A stretch of DNA of 63,336 nt, filler included, from Circinaria calcarea (lineage: Eukaryota): assembly GCA_051942165.1 (NCBI GenBank). It is 33 parts of 33 records of this genome, joined end to end, with 100 filler letters (N's around TTAATTAATTAA, not from the genome) between each part and the next. Parts side by side here need not be neighbours in the genome. Positions count along the whole stretch, not along the records: positions 36,663 to 38,481 come from JAVECS010004189.1; positions 38,582 to 40,398 come from JAVECS010004190.1; positions 40,499 to 42,313 come from JAVECS010004191.1; positions 42,414 to 44,228 come from JAVECS010004192.1; positions 44,329 to 46,143 come from JAVECS010004193.1; positions 46,244 to 48,055 come from JAVECS010004194.1; positions 48,156 to 49,967 come from JAVECS010004195.1; 26 more parts are not named here. One strand, given 5' to 3'. Numbering within the stretch: the first letter of the stretch is position 1; each line of letters starts with the position of its first letter. Under the pieces are notes generated by a model that was given only the letters and a program-made list of their open reading frames with translations, searched no databases and had not been told where the DNA came from. Made by a program: the position numbers and the translations under genes. Positions 38,029 to 50,067 of the stretch are shown here, in pieces.

Positions 38029-38581
38029 GGAAGTCTGGGATGGAGCGTACGCCGTTATAATATATCCATGTGACTTTGCAGATGTCGATGGGGAGGGGAA
38101 GGGATATGTGCGTAAAAGAAAACTACCGGATATGATATCATCAGGAACTGCCATCAGTCAAAATTTATCTCTTTTCCCCATGGATCTTAACCCTTACTAC
38201 AGGCAGCCTTTCATCAAAATCTCTACCTTTTCCAAACGACAATCCGGGAGAGGGGTTTCCCCCTATACCTTTCCTCCAAGCTTGTCCAACACCGTCACTA
38301 ATTATTTACCCGTACCTGACACTAACCATCTTCACATAGACTCACCAAAAACTCAATTCACCAAAAAGGCTGCAAGTAAGATCCCCCATATACCACCATA
38401 CTTAGGTTAGCCTCCTGCATTAGTGACCCAAACAGTCTAAACCATCACCCGGTCAAGATCCACACCCCTCCCCATTTCCCCNNNNNNNNNNNNNNNNNNN
38501 NNNNNNNNNNNNNNNNNNNNNNNNNTTAATTAATTAANNNNNNNNNNNNNNNNNNNNNNNNNNNNNNNNNNNNNNNNNNNN

Positions 38582-38738
38582 GAAGCTATTAGCATAACTG
38601 AATAAGTTAAAGGTAAAAATGGTCTTAATCCTCCATATTTTCTGAAATCTTGGTTATCCGAAACTGCGTGAATTACCGCACCTGCACCTAAGAATAAAAG
38701 TCCTTTATAAAAGGCGTGATTCACAAGATGAAATAAAG
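38582..38738 (-). CDS. nad5: Mitochondrial NADH dehydrogenase subunit 5, internal fragment
   Basis: [53 protein letters not shown]-rich codons. Confidence 0.95.
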
Positions 38739-40340
38739 TACATCATATTTGTAAATAGTACCACAATTAGCAAAGCACAACAAGGATTTAGCTAAATCAC
38801 TCGATTGGTAATTGAATAAATCAGTGACACAATAGAGTCTAGTTCTTTGATCTAGTCTTACAGGAAAATAAATATGGGGGACAGATTTATATGCTTCAGC
38901 AATATTCAAGATATAATTTTGTAGCTGTATAACACTAAGTTTAGACCTCAAGTCACTATTAAGTTTTTTTAGAAATTTTTTTATAAGGTTGAGGTTAAAT
39001 TCTTTAATATCATCCTCATCAGGATCCAAAATTATACCTTTTTCAATACCGTTCAATGATATATAACGTAAAGTTTCCTTGTTTATTTTATATGGTACAG
39101 AACTAACCCCATTTATAAGATTAATAATACTGTTTTTGGGCATCAATTTAGTACTGTCTCTATATCCAATTTTATCAATAAATAGTCCCATTGTAAACAA
39201 AATATCATTGTTTAAATATCCTCCATACGTAATATCACCACTACTCTTCAATGCGTAAGGTTTGGGCTTTGTTATCATAGGTAATTTAGCAGGTACAGTT
39301 AATACTTTATTACTAATCATAACTGTTTTCCTTGTGCTATCTACAATCTTAAGAACATGATTCAATTTACCTTCATCATTATATTCAGTCGTTCATTCAA
39401 TCATGTTTATAGAACTAGTCTTCAAGAAATCAAAAAGATTCCCTGCAATAGACAAACAAACATTAGGCTCCAACAAATGTTCAAAAGCTTCTTTGTTCTC
39501 TTTTTTCCATTGACTTAAGGTAAGTTTTTCATTATCCGTTTTTTTTCAATTATCCTCATTGCATAGTATATATATGTATTTGTTTACTAAAGATTTACCA
39601 AAATTAACAAAACATTCTGTTTGTACGAGAGTACCCTTATTGGATTCTTGAGAAATCAAATCCAAAACGTAACACATTAAATGGTTAGATACACTATCAC
39701 TACCTAATTTATTTACTACTACAACAGTATAATAAAAATTCCTCTCATGACTACTTAGTTCTGAACTAATTCCCTTCAAAACTTTAGAATCTTTAAGCAT
39801 TTTGTCTATATATTGTTTAATAAGAGCAAGTTTATTAATAATAAAACTAGAAGATTTATCCCCAAAATTGATGTTATTTTACATATTATTTAATAAATAA
39901 CTGTCTTGCGATTCGAAGAGATAATTTTATATCTTATTCTGCAGTTCAACATTAACTTCGTTCGTATCTAACATTACAGATAAGTCACCAAAACACTCAG
40001 CTAAAAATTGTGAACGGTTTTTAGTAACTTTAGTATATAAGCCAATCTTAAATTCCCTGGTATAGGAAGGAGCGAAATTAAAATTATAGTTATTCTCAAC
40101 ACTTATCTTAGGAGTAATAGAATGAAAATATATCCTCTTTGTCGTAGTAAAGCTAAAGTTAGTAACAGGTTTCATATTAGTTACGTTACTATTTGAATAA
40201 ACCATTTGTAAAATTTTACATTTTTGCTCTGTTCTGATCTTGTTCAGAACAAACCCAAAATGAAGGCGAGTAGTAGCATTTGTTTTAACGCAAGTGTAGC
40301 TATATATAATGTTGTTTAAATTTATTTTTGTTTTTGTCAT
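38739..40340 (-). pseudogene. rpo: Mitochondrial linear-plasmid-type (T3/T7-like) RNA polymerase, decayed and C-terminally truncated
   Basis: ORFs 39927-40340, 39546-39800 and 38721-39365 share one frame, bridged by TGA=Trp (39546, 39393) and two TAA stops (39927, 39879). Motifs KLPMITKPKPY, GGYL, VPYKIN, IYFPVRLDQRTRLY, NYQSSDLAKSLLCFA. Confidence 0.88.
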
Positions 40341-42997
40341 AATAGACCCATGCCCTCCTGTTCGGAAACCAGCCGATTCAGATTAGGAAACTTTGTGTNN
40401 NNNNNNNNNNNNNNNNNNNNNNNNNNNNNNNNNNNNNNNNNNTTAATTAATTAANNNNNNNNNNNNNNNNNNNNNNNNNNNNNNNNNNNNNNNNNNNNAT
40501 GGGTATGGGTATGGGATAGGAGGGGGGTTTACTCTGTAGTTTCTGGCAAGTAGAACGGAGCAAGCCGGGACAGTGACTTTGGAGCAGAGAGAAGTCGAGT
40601 TTTATGTGAGGGGATATGCTTCGCGTTAGGCTCTCTGGATCGCTTTCTTAAAACCGGCTCCACCATTCGTGCTGACATTTGGGACCGTTAAAACTCTCAT
40701 ATAGTGGAAGTATCTCCGCCGATGGAACTGCAATTCAACGGGTGGAGTTCCTAAGGTAACTGGAATACCTAAGATCAGATCTTCATGATGGATAATACCA
40801 ACTCCCACTAAAATAGGCTTGATGTTCGCAGCGACCGTTTAACAAATGTCCTCCGAGACCTTCTCGCTAGCCATCGCCATCGAAGCAATGTTAGACTCAG
40901 ATCGAGTGTCTCGGCTCTCGCTACAACAATGTGATAGTACTCGGGGTTGGAAATTAGCAATACTGCATACTGTGGAATAGCAAGAGATAATATATAGACT
41001 ATCGAACGGCCAGATCGTATGCGCTGCTGAGCTCTTGTGGAACGAAAAGGCTGGCTCGGGGGTATTGGTCCTACCAACTAAACGGGTGGTATGACCTTTT
41101 CCGAGTTATATGTAACCAAGTCAGCAACAGCTGCATTCGATAGTCCTTTGGGCTCTGGAGTTGTAGGTTATTCGCAAATATATTTGGGACTGGTCTATGG
41201 AAGGAGGAGCGATTGTCTATCTATTGAACGAGTAGATAATAGATATGGTTTTCTTACGTCTCCAAGTCTGATATTTTTACAATTCTTGTGAATGCCAATC
41301 TAGAGCTTGACTTCATCATATACCCGACCCATACGTCCAAAGTACGGGCCGACATCAGAGTTCCCTGTCTTTCTAGTTGAGCATCGACAATGGTAGCTGA
41401 ATATAGTAGGTTCCCAGATACTCCGCTATTGCTTACAATGACTGTGACATCCAAGTGCTGGAATACCTGTATCCATTGTGATGTCAATTTTAGTAAACTG
41501 TGAAACCATTGGCGCATATGAGTTCGGTTATGGAACTATTGGCGCAACATGAATCTGGCCTGCGGCGAAAGACTACCGCACCAAGTCCGCGACATCCCAC
41601 GCTTTCTTCATTCCTCACCAGCTTTATATCGTGGCTACAGGAAATGCATGTATGCTCGACTCGAGCGCATATGGAAGATGCAGTCATGTCCAAAAATAGC
41701 CTCTTACAATTCAGACGCACGCAGAATGAAAGTCTACCTCACCAAACATCTCCTTCCGATTGTTCACATGCTTCCTGTCCCTGTCTAGAGCCGATCTTCC
41801 TTCCCCATTGTTTCGTAAAGATGGTCATCTCCAAGCGTTGCGATTGTTCTCAGGTATGCCTCACAAACCTCTTCGATTCATTCGAGAACAATACTTTGCC
41901 TGTGCCGTAATCGTGAATTTCTCATCTCCACCGCAAGATTCGTCGTGAACGGTTTTTGCTTCTCGGTTGCGTTCATCTCCCTTCTTTTTCCCTCTTCTGT
42001 CGCTCCGTTCATCCCTTCGTTCCTCTCGTCTCCTCAGACCAAACCCATCCGCAGCAAAATCACACACACCACTCATCTCCACGAAACCACCCTCCATCTC
42101 CTCACATCACCTCCTCACACCAATTCACGGCCTCTAATTCCGGCAACCCCTCACCGTCGCTACCAGGCTAACCCTCCCTCGCAACCACCCCACCACAAAC
42201 CCCCCATTACAGAAAATGCCACCAACACCCACCATCAACCACCAATCCCAAACTCTCTCCCTCATCCTCAGCGACGACGCCTCCATCTCCGCCACCGCCA
42301 CTCCCTCTGCCGCNNNNNNNNNNNNNNNNNNNNNNNNNNNNNNNNNNNNNNNNNNNNTTAATTAATTAANNNNNNNNNNNNNNNNNNNNNNNNNNNNNNN
42401 NNNNNNNNNNNNNATATTAAAATCTATACGAATTTAAACGAGAAATCGATTTTTTTTATATTTAATTTTTTAATTTTTAATAATTTATTAATATTTTAAT
42501 ACGAAATCGATATATATTTTTTTTAAATCGATAAAATTATAATAAATATATATAAATTTAAATCCGTTTTTTTAAAATTCTTTATAATATCTTCTTTATT
42601 CGATAATTAATTTTAAAAAAATTTTATATTTTAAAATTTAATTTTATTAATATTTTAATACGAAAATAATATATATTCCTATTATTATTATCCGTCCCAT
42701 TTGATTCGAATGGCGCCCAAATTTAAAGTTCACGCTAGCACTAAATGCACACGCTAGCGATTTTCCATCCGATGGAGTCGGAACGCACGCAATTGCGATA
42801 GATTGAAAAATAACTGCCCGATCGTTTTTCGAAATTCTGAGTGCGTTGGAAAGCGCTGTATCAGCCGAATTCAAACAGAGCGAATGGGAAAAAGTTATTG
42901 AAAAGTCGTGATGATATTCAGCTGCGAAAATGGTTGAATGCTCGTGACTATAGTCAGAACCTTCGCATTTCGGCGCATCACCACAGGCACTTTCAAG

Positions 42998-44135
42998 TGC
43001 ACGGCGCATTGCAATGCGCAACCATTATGATAGAAATGTAATTAGTGCATCTTATAGAGCTCATTAAGCGCATTCCAACGCCGTTTCGGTATTGAAAATC
43101 GAAGGGGAATTGAGTGCGCAATGGTCGTTGGGGAATATACAGTGAAATTCGCTGCCAAGGCATATATTCCGACGGCTTCGTTTCTATTCCGATTCAATCG
43201 GAATGCTACGATTTCGCGTCGGTAGAATAATAATATACAATTCGTACGCACCGCGCATTGCAATACACCACCACTATATGAAAATTCTAGTAAGTGCATT
43301 TGAAAGAGCTCATGAAGCGCATTCCAACGCTGTTTCAGTATTAAAAATCGAAAGGGAATTGAGTGCGCAATAGCAGTTGGGGAATTCGTAGTGAAATTCG
43401 CTGCCAAGGCATATATTCCGGCGGCTTCGCTTCTATTCCGATTGAATCAGAATGCTTCGGTTTTACTTCGGTGGAATACTTCGGTTTCGCTTCGGTGGAA
43501 TAGTATGCAATTGCATGTGCACGGCGCATTACAATACGCCACCATTATAAAGAATTTCTAGTAAGTGCATTTGAGAGAGCTCATCCAGCGCATTCTAACG
43601 CCGTCAAAATTTCGAAAATCGAATGAAATTTGGGTGCGTAATAGCCGTTGGGGAATTTATATTAATATAGCATATTTGGCTGCGGAATCCTATATTGCGC
43701 GCAGTATACCCGGCAGAATTCCCACCACCACGTATTATAATACGCCACTATTATGAAAAGATTTCAATAAGTGCAAATAAAAGAGCTGAGTGAGCGCATT
43801 CTAATACCGTTTCGATTTTAAAAATCGAAGAAGAATTGCGTGCGTGGCGGCGTTTGGGGAATTCGTAATAATATAACAAATTTTGCTGCGGAATTATGCA
43901 TTACGCGCTATATTTGGTATAGGATTCCCACCACCACGCATTGCAATACGCCATTACCATAAAAGAATTCTAGTAAGTGTATTTCTAAGAGCTATTTTGG
44001 CGCATTCCAATGCTATCGAAATATTAAAAATCGAGTAAGAATTGCATCCGCAATAATAGTTAGGGATTTGGGGATAATAATAAGAAACACGGCGGTAGAA
44101 TTATATATTCCCGGGTTATTCTCCCACCACCAGAA
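42998..44135. repeat. Degenerate tandem satellite, ~5 units of 206-271 bp
   Basis: Anchor AGTG(C/T)A...AGAGCT...GCGCATTC(C/T)AA...AAAATCGA at 43044, 43293, 43564, 43770 and 43976. Confidence 0.9.
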
Positions 44136-44151
44136 ATATATTATTATTTTT

Positions 44152-44228
44152 AAAATAATTAAAATAAATAATTAAAATAAATAATTAAAATAAATAATTA
44201 AAATAAATAATTAAAATAAATAATTAAA
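44152..44228. repeat. 13-bp AT-only tandem repeat (AATTAAAATAAAT)
   Basis: About 5.5 perfect copies running into the contig end. Confidence 0.9.
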
Positions 44229-45424
44229 NNNNNNNNNNNNNNNNNNNNNNNNNNNNNNNNNNNNNNNNNNNNTTAATTAATTAANNNNNNNNNNNNNNNN
44301 NNNNNNNNNNNNNNNNNNNNNNNNNNNNTCGAACGTGCCGGATGTAACACGTATGTTATTATCAGGAAACTTTTGCTCGATAAGAGGGAGCCTTTTTTTT
44401 TTGTAGATACGTTTATCGAATTACGGGCACCGACTTGAATTCTTGACTCGGTACCCCATTCACACACTAGGGGTACCGCGGAAAGGAGTCCGAGTCTCCA
44501 AGTCCCCAAGTCCCCAAAATCCACCCATACTCTCGAAGCCGAAGCCGAAGCCGACATCCAATCTGATTTCCTATTCCTTTTTTCCCCTACTAGTGCTCCT
44601 TCTCTCCCCTCTCCCCTCTCCCCTCTCCGTCACAGTATATACCAAGGGTAGCTCCTTCCTTCCTTCCTGACGTCCTCACTTCCTGACTTTCCCCGGGAAT
44701 TAGAGACAAGGGGTTTTTTACAGTTCTATACCGAGATGTGTTGGTACAGGCACACGGGAGTTGTGGTGAGTGGTGAGGGATGAGGGATGAGGGCTGAGGG
44801 GAATCGGTTACGTAAAAGGTAAATTTTTTAGAAGGCTGAGTTAGTTAGAGAAAGGAGAGAAGATGGCATGAGAGGTAACGGAGAGAATTCGGCGGTTTTG
44901 GGAGAGTTGGGGTTGAGGAATCCGTATTATTGTATGCCTAGCAAGTTGTAGTTTTGTACCAGTGACGCATTCACCCGACCATTTAAATTCATTGGGGGTT
45001 TAGTGGACAGTACGAGAGGGAATTTTTTCGGGGTTGGCTTGGTAGTTGGGTAATTTACTACAACAATGGATTGGTGGTTCTCCGAATGAGGGGAGTGGAA
45101 TTATTTACATGATGTTCACGTTGGTGTTGACTAGGCAAAGCCGTGGTGGCAAGCTTGCGAACACGACGAAGCGGGCAATCCAAACATGACGGTGGTGTCG
45201 GCCGGGTTCAGGAGAAAAAAGATCGGTAATGTGGTTTTAGCTTCCCTTCAGCTTCTGTGGCAATAAGTGGAACCGAGAATAAAATACCAGCGGTCAGCAA
45301 GAAAGTTAATTGCAACACAGAATTGGCAACTATCTTTCCCGAAAAGCAAGATCCGATCCATCATATAGAACGAATACCGGCATGGAAACCAGCCCCAACA
45401 CCGCTGGCGCACTGCAAAATAATA

Positions 45425-46143
45425 TCAAGACAAAGGTGAAGCTGTTCTGTTTGGAGCCTGTTTCCATTGCTTTGTATCCGGATCCAGCTCGTTCTGCGCA
45501 GCCTCCCATTCTCTTTTAATAATCTCCACCTTCTGCGAAGATCTAGGTGTTATCTTCGCCTCATAAGGCTCCGGCATAGTCACCAAACCTTGGGTTAGCT
45601 TTTCAGGATCTGGTATCAACAGCTGTCCATCTGCGTCTTCTGCAGGTGAGAAGTCAAAGCCCCACAGCAAGGTGGAAATCCCAAGGAACAGACTACGTTC
45701 CGCAACGTGCATACCTTGACAGATTCGCCGCCCAGCTCCAAAGGTATACTGGTCACGCTTGGAAGGGTCCGGGTTGGTTGCCGAATCTGCTAGGGTTTGA
45801 AAGTCATCTTTGTAGCGATCCGGGTCGAATGCCCGGGGTTGAGGATATCTTTTGGGGTCCATGTGGATGCTGTAGACGTTGAGGAGCACTCCAGCTCCCT
45901 TAGGAAGACGATAGCCCATGTATTCGTCGTCCCTTATGAGGGCGTGGGGAATAATGCCAAGGATCGCAGTAGGCATCCATCGAAGCGATTCTTTGATACA
46001 TCCACGGATGTATGGCAAATTCTGGCTGTCGTCCACGTTTGGTAATCGATCTGGTCCAACTATACGGTCAATCTCTTCTTGCGCTTTTCTTTGTACATCC
46101 GGGAAGAGCACCATGGCTTGAATGAACCCGTATAGTGTGTTTG
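45425..46143 (-). CDS. Cytochrome P450, C-terminal half
   Basis: ExxR (ESLR), PERF-like (PDRY), heme motif FGAGRRICQG. Confidence 0.96.
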
Positions 46144-46567
46144 NNNNNNNNNNNNNNNNNNNNNNNNNNNNNNNNNNNNNNNNNNNNTTAATTAATTAAN
46201 NNNNNNNNNNNNNNNNNNNNNNNNNNNNNNNNNNNNNNNNNNNCATGGGGCCAAACGGTGGCCTTAAGTCTTATCCACTGTGAGCTTTACTCCCCCGATT
46301 TATTGGGTTACGGACCTTGACGCCTGCCACAGAACGTGGCCAACGGATATATCACAATCGATCGTAACTCCGCCCGCCGCACAATATACCTCAGAGCTCA
46401 GGTGTGACGCCAATGTGCCCTCTAGTCCCTTGCCCGAAGCTCCATCTCGGCAATCAAACGATTCAAGTAGCCCTGGTGGAGAAGATCAGTATGATCAGGA
46501 GAACGATGATTTGCAGTGGGTGCTAAGGTCTTTACGGAGGACGGTGCTTGAGTTAATTATGATACAG

Positions 46568-47814
46568 AGCAACACAGAATACTGTTTTCCAAGCAGACAT
46601 ACTGAACGATCTACCCGACTCTCAAGTCACTGAACAAGAAGCTGAAGATGGCTTTGAGTGCGTCATCTTGAATCCTAATAAAACTGCAAGCGCTGATTTA
46701 TATAAAGTCTCTCTTATCTTGGCGTTTTCGGCTCAGCCGGCGGCCCTCAAGCCCAAATTCTTCAGTGGCTTTACGGAACCAGCACAGTCTTGGATTATCT
46801 CATTGTCAAAGAGTGGGCAGAAGGCGTGATGATCAATGCAGCAGAATTCAAGCCTGGTCAACATACCCTGGCAGCGGCGGGCCTGTTGTTTGTTCAAGGA
46901 ATGGACGACTGGCAATTCAACTGCCACGCCAGCGAATGCCAGAGCGAATCCCCGGTCACCATCGTATTCCCAAGTGGTGTATACGCGTCGCCGCCAACCA
47001 TTCTATACGCATCTGTCGTCCAGGCTCTCCGATTATTGCAGGCGAGGAACGAAGAGACGACGATTATGAAGGCAACGGACGGCACTCGGATGCAGACACT
47101 CCAGAAGGAGAAGATGATCGTCGAGAGATGCTGCACTGCATTGCAGAATGCAGCTCACAAGGCTTTGAAGGCCCGGTACATGACTATATGGGGAGTGTGG
47201 AATTGTTGGGACGCTTCTCTGGTAGATTGCTTCTTGGACGCGTGGGGATCTCCACAAGATATTCGTGAGCGACTGACATCTCTAGGCTCAGGGTAAGTGC
47301 GCTTTGAATCGAAATCGGGTTGTGCTGACTTCTTTTAAGCAGAACGTATAACCGTGCCAGATTCACTTGCGCTGAATTGAGGATCCTTCTTGAGGGAACT
47401 GGCCCTGATTTTGAATGTCTCATTACCGACTTCAGGATCGGTAATACTCTGGGAGATCCGCGCCGGTTCTGTTTAGTACAGACGACATTTGCTCTGACTG
47501 TCTTCGCAATGAATGGCATTCAAAACCGCATCCCCGGGGACCTGGTTGAGCCTTCCATAGGACCTGAACAAATTTATCAGTGTAGCGAACGATCGGGTCA
47601 AGGGATCCTAGCAGCTCTTTGGATAGCGACGGGCATACTGGCCCGGGAAGGAATCCGCGTAGAGCTCGAGCCTTGGATGCAGGTGGCTTCAGGACATCTC
47701 CCGGCGCAGTCTGGGGAAAGAAGAAGGTGGCTCAACTCTGGACATATTGTCAAGAGCTGGGTTAGGAACCTTCTGGGGCAAAGCCTGCCCTTTCATCGAG
47801 AGTGTCACTCTTAG
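46568..47814 (+). CDS. Hypothetical protein, multi-exon
   Basis: Long open frames upstream of and including 46790-47296, GTAAGT donor near 47293, continuing into 47377-47814. No family recognised. Confidence 0.45.
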
Positions 47815-48155
47815 GGGAATGACTCTGTAGAAGGTTGAGCATCGATAGTAGCATCTACCCTGAAGGTCAAGGCAAATACTGTTATTAGAGGTTTGATCAA
47901 ACAGGTAGTAGGTTTCACTAGTCAAAACACTATGACTAATGGTTATGACTGCCAAGTTATCTGGATTATCTTATTCCTGTCAGATGCCGAGACGGTAATG
48001 TACCACGGTTGATCTGATAAAATCACATTATTTAAATAGAACCCGTCGTATTTCGNNNNNNNNNNNNNNNNNNNNNNNNNNNNNNNNNNNNNNNNNNNNT
48101 TAATTAATTAANNNNNNNNNNNNNNNNNNNNNNNNNNNNNNNNNNNNNNNNNNNN

Positions 48156-49779
48156 GATCTTGCAATACTGAACAGACAGCCCCCCAGTACTTGTCAATGA
48201 CAGGACATTGGTAATTGTGTGGAACAAAAGCATGGAGCAGTTGCTTCGTACTGGCTAAAATATCCTTCTTCAATTCAAGTAATCTCTTTTCTCGACCAGT
48301 GGCCGCGAATGCTTTGGATCTATGGATGTTGGCCACAAGTGTACCAACTTCATGAACCACTGGAGGAATCATATCCCAAGTGGACTCGGTATACTTTTCT
48401 CCTAGGATTCTCAAGATGGTATCATCAACCTCCTGCAGTGATTTTGTTTCAACGCTAGCATACGCCTTTCGTTCATTAGTTTTCTTTGAGTTTTTCAACC
48501 GCTTATCAGCGTCATCGAGAATTTTTGCTAGTGTATCATCGTTTACTTCGAATGAACGAAATCCAGGGACACTGTCCTGCGTGTCTGTTTTACCCCCGGA
48601 GGTGTCTTCGTGGGCAATTTCACCCGCATTCGTCGATGATGATTGACCTATCGGCCATAGAAATATTGGAAGTACTGTAGGCTTTGCACTTCCTGGAGAG
48701 GACGGTCTTCTCTCAGAAGGAGTTCTGCGACCCTTGCGTAGTATATCACTTGGCGACTCTGGTACGGGGTTTTTTCCTTCTTCTATCTCGGCTTCGACGT
48801 GTTCTGCTGAAGCAAATTTATCTTCAGGCGGTACTGAGGCTGCTGCGACGGTTATCGAGGGAGTTTCGGGAAATTTCTCGACGGTAGGTGGAGTATAGTA
48901 GATGTCATCAGGTCTTGCTGACGCCTGGCCGCCACTCGTGAAGTTATCACCCCATGATCGAGGTCTGTCCCGTGATATAATTCGTCGTCGATGCTGACGA
49001 GAATATCTAGTTATTGGCACCACATCATCCTCTTCGTACAAAACTCGTCTAGCAGAGTAATGTGATGATTTTGATCTGTAACCATGTGCGCCACCTAATC
49101 TACCTGAATAGGTAGAATTTTCATCGAGGCCAACAGCACTTAGATACTCGGTTGACCCGCGCTTCTCGGAATCAGCAGATTGAGGAATGTCCGGAATAGT
49201 AGTATCCATGTGTTCGTTGTTCGCTTCGCTATCTGATTTAACCGGTAAAGGGGTCTCGCCTGGCGTGGAAGGTTCGTGAGAATGCAGCCGAGTGGTAAAT
49301 GTCACAGTGGGACGCCCCTTGATTGCAGAAGGCTGCGTTGACCTTGGAGGGAAGGCAGTAAGGGGATTACTAGTCGCACTTTCATCTGACTCCACACTAT
49401 TTGGAGCCTCCGAATGTGATGGTTGGATGAGATTTGAGTCATCTGTTTTGCGCAAGCTTTGTTCCCGAAGCTTATGCCATTGTTTGGATATGTTGGAGGA
49501 AGTTTCGGAAGATCTCTCGTCCGATTCCGTGTCCTCTCTCTCGCTATAACTAGGAACCACTTTGCGTGTCAACGTCAAACGTATGCGAGACGGTTCTTCC
49601 TGCTCGGCTCGTTTCGACCAATTTTCCTCGGTGACCAGTTGACCATCCTCAGCAGTGAGTTCGTACCGATTCAATGATCCACGAACAGTAGGCTCTATCT
49701 TTTGAAGTAGCTCCTGTTTGGTTGAATCAGTCAAACGAGTGGCTAAGGTATAGTGCGTGTAATTGAATCCCCATTCCAC
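48156..49779 (-). CDS. Large hypothetical protein, internal fragment
   Basis: About 540-codon open frame, mostly disordered, ending in LPIFLWP..FVPHNYQCPVIDKYWGAV. Splice-like sites lie upstream. Confidence 0.7.
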
Positions 49780-50067
49780 GACATTATAAAACCTTGATGA
49801 AAGACCTTTCTACATATAAAACCAACAGGGAGTGCAATGTCGCTTGAGGCCGTGCATGGGGATCGGGTTTACTTACAAACCAGGTTTTGCATTGAGATAT
49901 AGGGAAAAAGTACAGTTGTCCTTCCAAGTCGGTATACTGGACAGTTGATAGGCCTGCCTGGCCTGGGNNNNNNNNNNNNNNNNNNNNNNNNNNNNNNNNN
50001 NNNNNNNNNNNTTAATTAATTAANNNNNNNNNNNNNNNNNNNNNNNNNNNNNNNNNNNNNNNNNNNN

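Noticed and set aside
38721..40340. T7-like RNAP as a phage gene or the nuclear RPO41
   Set aside because: Very AT-rich, uses TGA as Trp, has no introns and abuts nad5, all fitting a mitochondrial plasmid origin.
40626..41910. Scattered ORFs on contig 22
   Set aside because: Short, in conflicting frames, no motifs; a pseudogene cannot be demonstrated.
42998..44135. Satellite as a CRISPR array
   Set aside because: Units are 200+ bp, degenerate, homologous along most of their length, with no unique spacers or cas genes, in eukaryotic context.
1939..46143. SDR, NmrA, P450 and bZIP as one biosynthetic gene cluster
   Set aside because: They lie on separate contigs ordered only by length.
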